NCBI GenBank assembly: GCA_012026675.1
Contig: VEPA01000245.1
Span: 2,093-66,092, forward strand
Direction: 5' to 3'
DNA length: 64,000 bases
Source of the DNA: Betaproteobacteria bacterium
GTDB taxonomy: Bacteria > Pseudomonadota > Gammaproteobacteria > Burkholderiales > Rhodocyclaceae
Both the position numbers and the translations under genes were made by a program. The notes beneath the pieces are model-generated. The model saw only the letters and a program-made list of their open reading frames with translations. It had not been told where the DNA came from and did no database searches. Shown here piece after piece: positions 37,843 to 47,258 of this stretch. Within the stretch, counting starts at the first letter, position 1, and each line of letters opens with the position of its first letter.

Positions 37843-39102
37843 ATGAACCTTCCCAATGAATCGCGATTGACCAACAATGTCTCCTGCCCTTTTTGTGGCC
37901 TTGCCTGCGACGACCTTGACGTTCGGGTTAGCGGAAATTCCCTTGGCGTTGAAACCAGCACATGCGAAAGAGCTAGCCGATTGTTCGCTGCCAACTCGGG
38001 AACTCCGGATGCGAATGGATCGATCGGAAATCTTGCAGCACCATTCGCCCAGTGTGTCGCCAGTGCAGCAGCCTTGCTTCGGGGGGCAAGCCAGCCGCTG
38101 ATCAGCGGCCTCGCCGCCGACGTCGGCGGAGTTCGCGCTGCGCTGAGCATGGCCGACCGCATCGGCGCGATCGTGGACCACATGAATTCGACGGCCTTGT
38201 CGCGCAACCTGCTGGTACTCCAGGACAGCGGCTGGATTGTGTCGACCTTTGCCGAGGTCAGGAGCCGTGCGGATTTTGTACTGCTCGTCGGCGCGGAGAC
38301 GAACAGTCGCTTTCCGCGCTTTGCCGAGCGCTTGATAGACCCGTTGGACTCGCCTTTCAGCGATGGACCGCTGCGACGATCTGTCGTCTATTTGGGCGCC
38401 CAACCGAAGGTGCCCACCTCTGCTCGTGTGCTCGACTGCCCGACCGCTCGGCTCGGCGAGGTTTTTGGGGTACTGCGGTGCCTGGTTGCGAATCGCCCAC
38501 TGCAGGCCTCCCAGGTCGCCGGCCTTGACATGGAAGTCTTGCGTGCATTGGCCGCCGAGATGCGCAGTGCAAGATACGGTGTCGTTGCCTGGGCTGCAGC
38601 CGACCTTGACCTGCCGCATGGTGAGTTGATCGTGCAATCCATCTGCGGGCTGATCGCCGACTTGAACGAGCCCACGCGGTTCGCCGGCTTGCCCCTGGGT
38701 GGCAACGATGCCGACGTCACCGCCAATCAGGTGGCGCTCTGGCAGACTGGACTTCCCTTGCGCACCGGTTTTGGACGGGGCGTCCCGGAATACGACGCCT
38801 ATCACTTCGGCACTGATCGCTTGCTCGCCAGCAGGAATGCTGACGTGTTGTTATGGATTTCCGCCTTCGATCCGCTGCGCCTGCCGCCGGAATCCGATGT
38901 GCCGACCATCGTCCTCGGCAGCCCGACCATGCGCTTTGCCAAACCGCCCGCTGTCTTTATCCCGGTCGCAACACCTGGCCTGCACCATGCCGGGCATTTC
39001 TTCCGCAGCGACGGCGTCATGGCGATACGCTTGCGCAAGCTGACGGATAGTCCGCTGCCCAGCGTCGCAGACGCCCTGACGGCAATCGATCAGGCACTTT
39101 AG
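37843..39102 (+). CDS. fhcB: Formyltransferase/hydrolase complex subunit B
   Basis: CPFCGLACDDL, EVRSRADF, WQTGLPLRT, FIPVATPG..RSDG; first gene of the BADC operon. Confidence 0.9.
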   Translation: MNLPNESRLTNNVSCPFCGLACDDLDVRVSGNSLGVETSTCERASRLFAANSGTPDANGSIGNLAAPFAQCVASAAALLRGASQPLISGLAADVGGVRAALSMADRIGAIVDHMNSTALSRNLLVLQDSGWIVSTFAEVRSRADFVLLVGAETNSRFPRFAERLIDPLDSPFSDGPLRRSVVYLGAQPKVPTSARVLDCPTARLGEVFGVLRCLVANRPLQASQVAGLDMEVLRALAAEMRSARYGVVAWAAADLDLPHGELIVQSICGLIADLNEPTRFAGLPLGGNDADVTANQVALWQTGLPLRTGFGRGVPEYDAYHFGTDRLLASRNADVLLWISAFDPLRLPPESDVPTIVLGSPTMRFAKPPAVFIPVATPGLHHAGHFFRSDGVMAIRLRKLTDSPLPSVADALTAIDQAL

Positions 39103-39111
39103 GAACGACCA

Positions 39112-40782
39112 ATGCTGACCAGACTCAAGGGTGGCCGTATCTATGACCCCGTCAACGGGGCAAACGGAGCTGTGCGCGACATCTACGTCCGCGACGGGCG
39201 CATCGTCGCCGCCCCCGGCGACGGCGCGCGGCCCGACCGGGACTATGACGTTTCCGGCAAGGTCGTCATGGCCGGGGCAATCGACATGCATACTCATATC
39301 GGCGGTGGCAAGGTAAACATTGCCCGGGCGCTGCTGCCCGAGGATCACCGCGCCGACCTGCTGGCCCGCACCGAACTGACCCGGGCCTGCTGCGGCCACG
39401 CGGCGCCCTCGACCCTGGCCACGGGCTATCGCTACGCCGAAATGGGCTATACCGCCTGCTTCGAGCCGGCGCTGCTGCCGACCAACGCACGCCAGGCCCA
39501 TATGGAAATGGGCGACGTCCCCATCGTAGACAAGGGCGGCTATGCCTTGCTCGGCAATGACGACCTGCTGCTCTCGCTGATGCGGGAAGGGGCGGACCAG
39601 AAGCTGATCAACGACTACGTCGCCTGGACCCTCGACGTGACGCAATGCATCGGCATCAAGGTGGTTAATCCGGGCGGCATCAATGCCTTCAAATTCAACG
39701 CGCGCAAGCTTGATCTCGACGAAACCTCGCCGCACTATGGCATCACGCCGCGGGCCATCCTGCTGACGCTGGCCCAGGCACTCGAGGATCTTGGCGTACC
39801 GCATCCCTTGCATGTGCACGGCTGCAACCTCGGGGTCCCCGGCAATGTCGATACGACTTTGGAGACCATCTCCGGCATCGAAGGCCTGCCGATGCACCTG
39901 ACGCATATTCAGTTCCATAGCTACGGTACGGAAGGCGACCGCAAGTTTTCGTCCGGCGCGGCACGTATCGCCGAAGCGATCAACCGCAATCCGAACATTT
40001 CGGCCGATGTCGGCCAGATCCTGTTCGGCCAGACCGTCACTGCCTCGGGCGACAACATGTCGCAGCACCGCAACCGCAAATTCGCCAGCCCCGACAAGTG
40101 GGTGGTGATGGATATCGAATGCGATGCCGGTTGCGGCGTCGTCCCCTTCCGCTATCGTGACCAGAACTTCGTCAATGCGCTGCAATGGGCGATAGGCCTC
40201 GAAATCTTTCTCTCGGTCGACGATCCCTGGCGGATATTCCTGACCACCGACCACCCGAACGGGGCGCCATTCACGACCTATCCGCATCTGATCCGCCTGC
40301 TGATGGACAAGACCTTCCGCAACGAGCAACTGGCGCGGCTCAACCCGGATGCGGCGGCAGCCAGCACGCTGGGCAGCATCACCCGCGAATACACGCTGAA
40401 CGAGATGGCGATCATGACGCGTGCCGGCCCGGCAAAAATTCTCGGACTTGCCGATCGTGGTCACCTCGGCATCGGCGCCGGCGCCGACATTACGGTCTAT
40501 ACCGACCGCGAAGACCGCGAAGCGATGTTCAGGACGCCTGACTATGTCTTCAAGGACGGGGAACTGGTGGCAAAGGAGGGCCAGATCGTCAAGGTCACGC
40601 TGGGTGCGACCCACGTCGTCAAGCCGGCCTACGACCGCGGCATCGAAGACCGGCTGCGGCCTTACTTCGCACGCTATCGCAGCACCCGCCTGGAGAATTT
40701 CGCCATTGACGAGGAAGAACTCTGCGAGTGCGGATCGAGCCGCCTGGCGGTCCATCAATGCCGGCACGCGAGGGTCGCATGA
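39112..40782 (+). CDS. fhcA: Formyltransferase/hydrolase complex subunit A
   Basis: IDMHTHIGGGKVN, KVVNPGG, HVHGCNLG, THIQFHSY, TTDHPNG. Confidence 0.95.
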   Translation: MLTRLKGGRIYDPVNGANGAVRDIYVRDGRIVAAPGDGARPDRDYDVSGKVVMAGAIDMHTHIGGGKVNIARALLPEDHRADLLARTELTRACCGHAAPSTLATGYRYAEMGYTACFEPALLPTNARQAHMEMGDVPIVDKGGYALLGNDDLLLSLMREGADQKLINDYVAWTLDVTQCIGIKVVNPGGINAFKFNARKLDLDETSPHYGITPRAILLTLAQALEDLGVPHPLHVHGCNLGVPGNVDTTLETISGIEGLPMHLTHIQFHSYGTEGDRKFSSGAARIAEAINRNPNISADVGQILFGQTVTASGDNMSQHRNRKFASPDKWVVMDIECDAGCGVVPFRYRDQNFVNALQWAIGLEIFLSVDDPWRIFLTTDHPNGAPFTTYPHLIRLLMDKTFRNEQLARLNPDAAAASTLGSITREYTLNEMAIMTRAGPAKILGLADRGHLGIGAGADITVYTDREDREAMFRTPDYVFKDGELVAKEGQIVKVTLGATHVVKPAYDRGIEDRLRPYFARYRSTRLENFAIDEEELCECGSSRLAVHQCRHARVA

Positions 40783-41675
40783 TCATCAACGGCGTCGCCA
40801 TCGATGAAACCTTCGCCGAAGCCTTCGGCATGCGTGCGACGAGGCTCATCATCACTGCCGCAAACCTGCGCTGGGCACATCATGCGGCCAACGCGGCAAC
40901 CGGCTTTGCGACATCGGTGATCGGCTGCGGCGCCGAAGCCGGGATCGAACGCGAATTGTCACCCGACGAAACGCCGGACGGCCGCCCTGGCGTCTCGGTG
41001 CTGGTCTTTGCCGTCTCGGGCAAGGAACTGGCAAAGCAGGTTGAACGCCGTGTCGGCCAGTGCGTACTGACTTCACCGACCTCGGCAGTATTTTCCGGCT
41101 GCGACGGCGAAGAGAAAATCGCGCTGGGCAAGAATCTGCGCTACTTCGGCGACGGCTACCAGATTTCGAAACTGTTCGGCAATCGCCGCTACTGGCGAGT
41201 GCCGGTGATGGACGGCGAATTCGTCTGCGAGGAGACCACTGGCGTCGTCAAGGCGGTCGGCGGCGGCAATTTCCTCGTCCTCGCCGCCAGCCAGATGCAG
41301 GCGCTGCTCGCCTGCGAGGCGGCGATCGATACGATGCGCAAGCTGCCTGGCGTGGTCATGCCCTTTCCCGGCGGCGTCGTTCGCTCCGGATCCAAGGTCG
41401 GCTCGAAGTACAAGGCATTGAGCGCCTCGACCAACGACGCCTTTTGCCCGACCCTGCGCGGTATCGGCAACAGCGAACTCTCGCCGGAAACCGGCGCCGT
41501 TCTCGAAATTGTCATTGACGGCATCACCGAGGCCGACATCCGCCAAGCGATGCGCGCCGGCATGCAGGCGGTCTGCTCCATCGGCGCGGGCGGCGGCATT
41601 CAGCGCATCACTGCCGGCAATTACGGCGGCAAGCTCGGCAAGTACCACTTCCACCTCAGGGAGATACTGGCATGA
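40779..41675 (+). CDS. fhcD: Formylmethanofuran-H4MPT formyltransferase (Fhc subunit D)
   Basis: IDETFAEAF, TSVIGC..EAG, TPDGRPG, RVGQCVLT, RSGSKVGS, AGNYGGKLG. Confidence 0.95.
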   Translation: MIINGVAIDETFAEAFGMRATRLIITAANLRWAHHAANAATGFATSVIGCGAEAGIERELSPDETPDGRPGVSVLVFAVSGKELAKQVERRVGQCVLTSPTSAVFSGCDGEEKIALGKNLRYFGDGYQISKLFGNRRYWRVPVMDGEFVCEETTGVVKAVGGGNFLVLAASQMQALLACEAAIDTMRKLPGVVMPFPGGVVRSGSKVGSKYKALSASTNDAFCPTLRGIGNSELSPETGAVLEIVIDGITEADIRQAMRAGMQAVCSIGAGGGIQRITAGNYGGKLGKYHFHLREILA

Positions 41676-42484
41676 GCCGGCTGTTGTTAACTCTGAAGGC
41701 TGTCCCGGCGATTGGGGTGGACTGCTCTCCCCTGACACCCGCCAGGCTTGCCGGCATGTCGTCCGCCGCGATTGCGGCGATCGAACTTCAATCCGGCAAC
41801 CGCCGCCTGCCAGCCGGCGAACTTTTCGACATCGCCGGCGAGCCGGGCGATACGCTGGTCATCCGTAACGCCTGCAGCAAGCTTGACCGTATCGGCGCCT
41901 GCATGAATGGTGGCACCCTCGATGTCGAAGGCGACGTCGGCGCCTTTCTCGGTGCCGGCCTTGTATCCGGCACGATCCGCGTTTCCGGTGGGGCCGGAGC
42001 CTTTGCCGCCACCGGCATGCTCGCCGGCACCTTGCACGTATGTGGCAGTGTCGGCGACTTCCTCGGCGCCGCCATCGCCGGCGACAAGCAGGGCATGCTC
42101 GGCGGGCGCGTCATCGTCGATGGCGATGCCGGCGACCGAGTGGGCGACCACTTGCGCCGAGGTATCATTCTGGTTGGCGGCAACGCCGGCGACTACTGCG
42201 CGTCGCGTATGCTGGCGGGAACCATTGCCGTTCGCGGCAAGGTCGGCGCACTCCCGGGTTACGCCATGAAGCGAGGCACGTTGCTACTCGCTGGCGCGGC
42301 CGAGTTGCCGGCGACGTTCAACGACTGCGGCAGCCACGAACTTATGTTCCTGCGACTGTTCGCACGCCACCTCGCGAGTGTAGATTCCGCAGCGGCGTCC
42401 TTCGCGCCGCGTGGCGAACGCGTACGCCGCTTTGTCGGCGACCGCGCCAACGGCGGTCTTGGAGAGATTCTCGTCACAGCCTGA
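41672..42484 (+). CDS. fhcC: Formyltransferase/hydrolase complex subunit C
   Basis: Repeated GxxMxxGxIxVxG beta-helix motifs; MKRGTLL; GDRA..GLGEI. Confidence 0.93.
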   Translation: MSRLLLTLKAVPAIGVDCSPLTPARLAGMSSAAIAAIELQSGNRRLPAGELFDIAGEPGDTLVIRNACSKLDRIGACMNGGTLDVEGDVGAFLGAGLVSGTIRVSGGAGAFAATGMLAGTLHVCGSVGDFLGAAIAGDKQGMLGGRVIVDGDAGDRVGDHLRRGIILVGGNAGDYCASRMLAGTIAVRGKVGALPGYAMKRGTLLLAGAAELPATFNDCGSHELMFLRLFARHLASVDSAAASFAPRGERVRRFVGDRANGGLGEILVTA

Positions 42485-42510
42485 TTCGTGTTCCTTCAGC
42501 CGAAGACTTC

Positions 42511-43605
42511 ATGACCGACTTGGGACAACTGCGCGGAACGCCCGATATTCGCGGGCAGTCAAACGCCACCCTTGCCATGCTGCGTACGCTCGACACGTTC
42601 AGCCCGCCGCCTGGCAATTCGCCGGGTCGCCAGGACTCGCGGCCAAGGGCGTGCCGGCGGCGACTGACAGGCTGCTTGCTCATGTTGGCGGCACTATGCC
42701 TCGGCACCGTCGCCTGCGCCGCGCCGTTCGCCTACATCACCAACCAGGGCAGCAACGATGTCAGCGTCATCGACCTGGCGCAAGAGCGTGTCGTCGCAAC
42801 GATCCCGGTCGGCAAGGGACCCGCTGGTGTCGCCGTCCACGCGGCAAGTCAGCGGGCCTATGTCAGCAATCCGGACAGCAAGGACATCTCGGTCATTGCC
42901 ACCAGTCGCAACGAGGCCATTGCAACGATTGCGGCCGGTGACGGGCCCCTCGGCATCGCCGTCGCGACCAACGGACGGGAAGTTTATCTGGCCGACTGGT
43001 TCAACAATGCTCTGCTCGTCATCGATACCACGGCGCTGAAGACCGTGTCCCGCATTCGGGTGGGCACGGCGCCGGCCGGCGTTGCCGTCAATCCCGTCAG
43101 CCACGATATCTATGTCGCCAACAGGGACGACAACACGGTTTCCGTCATCGACTCGAACATGCGGAAGGTCGTCCGCGTCATCGAGGTCGGCGACCGGCCG
43201 TTCAGCATCTCGGTAGGCCGGGATGGCCGCCGGTTGTATGTGGTCAATGTACGCAGCAACGACGTCAGCATCCTTGACGCAGGCACGCACCGCCTCATTG
43301 GCAAAGTCGGTGTTGGCAATACGCCCTACTGTGCCGCACTGAGCATGGATGACCGGCAGTTGCTGGTGACCAACCAGCACGCCGATACGCTCTCGGTGAT
43401 CGACACCGACAGTTTCAAAGTGTTGCACACGGTTGCCGCCGGCGGCTATCCCGAGGGCATTGCCGTGCATGGCGCACGCGCCTACGTCGTCAACTGGATG
43501 GACGACAACGTCAGCGTCATCGACATGGCCAGTTATCGAACCCTGGCGACGATCGCCACGGGCAAGAACAGCCGCGGATTCGGCAGTTTCATTGGCAGCC
43601 CATGA
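42511..43605 (+). CDS. YVTN/YncE-type beta-propeller (PQQ-dehydrogenase associated); start uncertain (42511, 42578 or 42682)
   Basis: Seven AYITNQ/YVSN/YVAN..VSVID..VG..P.G repeats, preceded by a signal-like hydrophobic stretch. Confidence 0.85.
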   Translation: MTDLGQLRGTPDIRGQSNATLAMLRTLDTFSPPPGNSPGRQDSRPRACRRRLTGCLLMLAALCLGTVACAAPFAYITNQGSNDVSVIDLAQERVVATIPVGKGPAGVAVHAASQRAYVSNPDSKDISVIATSRNEAIATIAAGDGPLGIAVATNGREVYLADWFNNALLVIDTTALKTVSRIRVGTAPAGVAVNPVSHDIYVANRDDNTVSVIDSNMRKVVRVIEVGDRPFSISVGRDGRRLYVVNVRSNDVSILDAGTHRLIGKVGVGNTPYCAALSMDDRQLLVTNQHADTLSVIDTDSFKVLHTVAAGGYPEGIAVHGARAYVVNWMDDNVSVIDMASYRTLATIATGKNSRGFGSFIGSP

Positions 43606-43662
43606 TCATTCCCGACCGGGTCGCGACGCCAAAGGATTTTCATCAACCGAGGAGGAGTTCCA

Positions 43663-44178
43663 ATGTACAAAACTGGAGTAGCCGTGGCAATGCTGGTCGC
43701 GGCAAACCTGGCCCTCGCCCACGGGCCGAGCCGCTTGAAGGTTACGGAAAGCATCACGCTCGAAGCGGAACCGGACAAGGTCTGGGCGAAGGTAGGCAAC
43801 TTCAACGGCTTGCCGGGTTGGCATCCGGCCATAGCGGAAAGCAATGCGAGCGACGGCAATAATGTCGGCTCGCGAAGAACCCTGACCCTCAAGGGCGGCG
43901 GGAAAGTAATCGAGGAACTCGAAGAACTCGACAACCAGAAAATGGTTCTGAAATACCGGATGAAGGAAGGCGTGCTGCCGGTGACGAACTACACATCGAC
44001 GCTGTCGGTCAAGGCCATCGATGGCGGCAAATCGCTCGTTGAATGGCGCGGCGCGTTCTATCGAGGCTACCCGAACAACGATCCGCCCCCTGACCAGAAT
44101 GATGAGGCCGCGGAAAAAGCCATCACCGGAGTCTACAAAACGGGGCTCGAGAACCTGAAGAAAGTCGTCGCGCAGTAG
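43663..44178 (+). CDS. MxaD-like periplasmic SRPBCC protein
   Basis: Signal peptide, HGPSRLKV..DKVW..WHPA..RTLTL..W.GAFYRG..VYKTGL; GAGGAG RBS; adjacent to xoxF. Confidence 0.85.
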   Translation: MYKTGVAVAMLVAANLALAHGPSRLKVTESITLEAEPDKVWAKVGNFNGLPGWHPAIAESNASDGNNVGSRRTLTLKGGGKVIEELEELDNQKMVLKYRMKEGVLPVTNYTSTLSVKAIDGGKSLVEWRGAFYRGYPNNDPPPDQNDEAAEKAITGVYKTGLENLKKVVAQ

Positions 44179-44320
44179 CGCGAGCCTTATGTCTCGGACA
44201 GCGGAGGCGAGCATGTCTTCCTCAGCAAGAATAGTGCATTGCAGCATTGGCAAAAATTATCTGCGGCATTGTGCGGGGAGCGTCAATGTTGCACGTGCTC
44301 AGGCTCGCGCTACTCGGAAA

Positions 44321-44371
44321 TGGCGTAACGTTTCGCCAACGGATCGATACAGTTGTAACTATTTCGTTACA
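44321..44371. promoter_or_regulatory. Two dyad operators upstream of xoxF
   Basis: TGGCGTAACGTTTCGCCA (44321-44338, one mismatched pair) and TGTAAC-N6-GTTACA (44354-44371). Confidence 0.55.
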
Positions 44372-44685
44372 CACTTCGTGCGAACAATCCGGTCGCTTGA
44401 TTGCGAGCGACCTACTCTGATGCAATAAAACTGGGTTTCCGCAAGGAACGGGGCCCTTGGGACCCGCCCGCTAACGTCAGGTATGTTTCATGCTTCAAGG
44501 GTGACAGGTTGTGGACGCGCCGGACTTGGGTTCTAAGCAAACCTGGGGCGCTGGGTGACGTTTCAAAGCCGGGGCTACCCGCCTGAGGATTGAAGGGGGA
44601 GGGTGGTGAAAGTTGGAAACAAAACGTAGATTGGTTGTTTGCAGACAGCTGCACTCACTTCAAACCGATAACACGAGGAGAAAGT

Positions 44686-46497
44686 ATGAAAATCAAATCT
44701 AGTTCAAAGTATCTGATGTCGGCAGTTGTTGCTGCTGCGTCCGGCATGGCGATGGCCAATGCCGACGTGGAGAAGAACATTGCCGACTCCAAGAACTGGG
44801 CAATGCAGGCTGGTGACATGTACAACCAGCGTTACAGCAAGCTCACTCAGATCAATGCAGGCAATGTGGGCAAGATGCAGGTTGCGTGGACCTTCTCGAC
44901 GGGCGTGCTGCGCGGCCACGAGGGTTCGCCGCTGGTCATCGGCGACACGATGTACATCCATTCGGCGTTCCCGAACAAAGTTTTTGCCGTTGATCTGAAC
45001 ACCAACAAGATCAAGTGGAAGTACGAGCCGAAGCAGGACCCCGCCGTTATCCCGCAGATGTGCTGCGACACGGTCAACCGTGGCGTCGCCTACGCCGAAG
45101 GCAAGGTCTTCCTGCAGCAGGCCGACTCGATGCTGGTCGCACTCGATGCCAAGACCGGCAAGGAAGTCTGGAAGACCAAGAACGGCGATCCGAAACTCGG
45201 TGCCGTCAATACCAATGCCCCTCACGTCTTCAAGGACAAGGTCATCACCGGCATCTCCGGCGGTGAATGGGGCGTACGGGGTTATGTCGCCGCCTACGAC
45301 ATCAAGACCGGCAAACAGGTCTGGAAGGGCTACAGCGTCGGTCCCGACGCCGAAATGCTGATCGATCCCGCCAAGACGACGACTTGGATGGACGGCAAGG
45401 TTGCTCCGGTCGGTCCGGATTCCTCGCTGAAGACCTGGAAGGGCGATCAGTGGAAGATCGGTGGCGGCACGACCTGGGGCTGGTACAGTTACGACAAGGC
45501 TCTGAACGCGATGTTCTACGGCACCGGCAACCCCTCGACCTGGAACCCGTCGCAGCGTCCTGGCGACAACAAGTGGTCGATGTCGATCTGGTCGCGTGAC
45601 GTCGATACCGGCAAGGTCAACTGGGTCTATCAGATGACGCCGTTCGACGAGTGGGACTTTGACGGCATCAATGAAATGATCCTGGCCGACATCAAGGTCA
45701 AGGGTAAGGACACCAAGGCTCTGGTGCACTTCGACCGCAACGGCTTCGCCTACACCATGGACCGCACCAACGGCGCCCTCCTCGTCGCCGAGAAGTACGA
45801 TCCCAAGGTCAACTGGGCGACGCACGTCGATATGAAGACCGGTCGGCCGCAGGTGGTTGCCAAGTACAGTACGGCGCAGAACGGCCCGGACAAGAACACC
45901 AAGGGCATTTGTCCTGCAGCGTTGGGTAGCAAGGACCAGCAGCCAGCCTCGTTCGATCCGAAAACCGGCCTGTTCTATGTGCCGACCAACCACGTCTGCA
46001 TGGACTATGAGCCGTTCAAGGTCGAGTACACGGCGGGCCAGCCATACGTCGGCGCCACTCTGGCGATGTTCCCGGCGCCGGGCAGCCACGGCGGCATGGG
46101 CAACTACATCACCTGGGATGCAGGCAACGGCAAGATCGTCCAGAGCAAGCCGGAGAAGTTCTCGGTGTGGTCCGGTGCCCTCAACACTGCGGGTGGTATC
46201 TCCTGCTACGGCACGCTTGAAGGCTACCTCAAGTGCGTCGACGCAAAGGACATCACCAAGGAACTGTACAAGTTCAAGACCCCGTCCGGCATCATTGGCA
46301 ACGTGTTTACCTATGAGTTCAAGGGCAAGCAGTACATCGGCGTCTATTCGGGTATCGGTGGCTGGGCCGGCATCGGCATGGCGGCTGGCCTCGAGAAGGA
46401 TTCCGACGGTCTGGGCGCGGTGGGCGGCTACAAGGAACTTGCCCAGTACACCGAACTTGGTGGCAGCCTGACGATCTTCGCCTTGCCCGGCCAGTGA
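44686..46497 (+). CDS. xoxF: Lanthanide-dependent PQQ methanol dehydrogenase (probably XoxF5 clade)
   Basis: LRGHEG, vicinal [20 protein letters not shown], and WDFDG with the extra lanthanide-ligating Asp; strongly biased codons; GAGGAG RBS. Confidence 0.96.
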   Translation: MKIKSSSKYLMSAVVAAASGMAMANADVEKNIADSKNWAMQAGDMYNQRYSKLTQINAGNVGKMQVAWTFSTGVLRGHEGSPLVIGDTMYIHSAFPNKVFAVDLNTNKIKWKYEPKQDPAVIPQMCCDTVNRGVAYAEGKVFLQQADSMLVALDAKTGKEVWKTKNGDPKLGAVNTNAPHVFKDKVITGISGGEWGVRGYVAAYDIKTGKQVWKGYSVGPDAEMLIDPAKTTTWMDGKVAPVGPDSSLKTWKGDQWKIGGGTTWGWYSYDKALNAMFYGTGNPSTWNPSQRPGDNKWSMSIWSRDVDTGKVNWVYQMTPFDEWDFDGINEMILADIKVKGKDTKALVHFDRNGFAYTMDRTNGALLVAEKYDPKVNWATHVDMKTGRPQVVAKYSTAQNGPDKNTKGICPAALGSKDQQPASFDPKTGLFYVPTNHVCMDYEPFKVEYTAGQPYVGATLAMFPAPGSHGGMGNYITWDAGNGKIVQSKPEKFSVWSGALNTAGGISCYGTLEGYLKCVDAKDITKELYKFKTPSGIIGNVFTYEFKGKQYIGVYSGIGGWAGIGMAAGLEKDSDGLGAVGGYKELAQYTELGGSLTIFALPGQ

Positions 46498-46531
46498 TTT
46501 CGGCTAGCAATGTCTGATCTTTAGGAACGAG

Positions 46532-46574
46532 AACGGCACCCCGGCGTTGTTTGCTGGGGTGCCGTTTTTCTTTT
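46532..46574 (+). terminator. Intrinsic terminator after xoxF
   Basis: AACGGCACCCCGGC..GCTGGGGTGCCGTT followed by TTTCTTTT. Confidence 0.85.
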
Positions 46575-46733
46575 CTGATCGATCACCACTCGTAGTAGCG
46601 GTTCCCGCGTTTCGGGTGTTACTCTTATTTCGTGCGAGCGGGATATTGGTCACATCATGGCTGCGGGTCCGATCATTGATCGCCAGGGGGCAATCGTTTT
46701 TGGAGGGAACTCCCAGCGACCCGATGGACTCTA

Positions 46734-47162
46734 ATGAATATGGACATGATGAAAAAACTATCGGCTTTCGCCGTCTTTGCGATGGCTATCGTTTCACCGC
46801 TGGCCGGTGCGGCAGATTGGCCGCCACCGCTGAAAGAGCCGTTATACACAGTTGTCGACGGTGTCAAGGTGGACCCTGACACCATGCAGGGCTTCCGTAC
46901 ATGGCGTCAGGCGGCCTGTGATCGCTGTCACGGCCCTGAGCAACAGGGCTTGGTTGGTCCCTCGCTACTGGAGAGCCTCAAACAACTGACTTATGAGGAA
47001 TTTGCAGTGACGGTCAGGGACGGGCGTCTCCAAAAGGGCATGCAAAGCTTCGGCACCAGTGAAGCGGTCATGAAAAATATCAACAATCTGTATGCCTACC
47101 TCAAGGGCCGGTCCGATGGGGCCATCAAGCGGGCGAAGGTCCAGGAACTCGGATCAGAGTAA
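46734..47162 (+). CDS. xoxG: c-type cytochrome, XoxF electron acceptor
   Basis: Signal peptide, CDRCH, GPSL, GM..F, LYAYLKGRSDG; follows xoxF. Start may be one of the next Met codons. Confidence 0.88.
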   Translation: MNMDMMKKLSAFAVFAMAIVSPLAGAADWPPPLKEPLYTVVDGVKVDPDTMQGFRTWRQAACDRCHGPEQQGLVGPSLLESLKQLTYEEFAVTVRDGRLQKGMQSFGTSEAVMKNINNLYAYLKGRSDGAIKRAKVQELGSE

Positions 47163-47222
47163 AAACCCGTCGGGCTTTTACTCTGGGCCAGTACCGGCTG
47201 GACCAGAACCGGATAATCCATG

Positions 47223-47248
47223 GCCCCGGCAGTCCGGGGCATTTTTTT
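47223..47248 (+). terminator. Intrinsic terminator between xoxG and xoxJ
   Basis: GCCCCGG-cagt-CCGGGGC-ATTTTTTT, directly followed by the xoxJ GGAG RBS. Confidence 0.7.
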
Positions 47249-47258
47249 GGAGTTTCCT

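Noticed and set aside
44430-44685. Rsm/Csr-type sRNA suggested by several GGA triplets and the GacA-like box
   Set aside because: The GGAs are not clearly in hairpin loops and there is no terminator before xoxF.
44590-44685. Upstream start extensions in the ORF track (xoxF 44590; also iorB 4131, fae 31562, propeller 42040, protease 48242, folP 56661)
   Set aside because: Downstream starts have better RBSs, signal peptides or family N-termini.
44686-46497. Calcium-dependent MxaF
   Set aside because: The active-site motif is D-F-D rather than D-x-A, and there is no mxaI.
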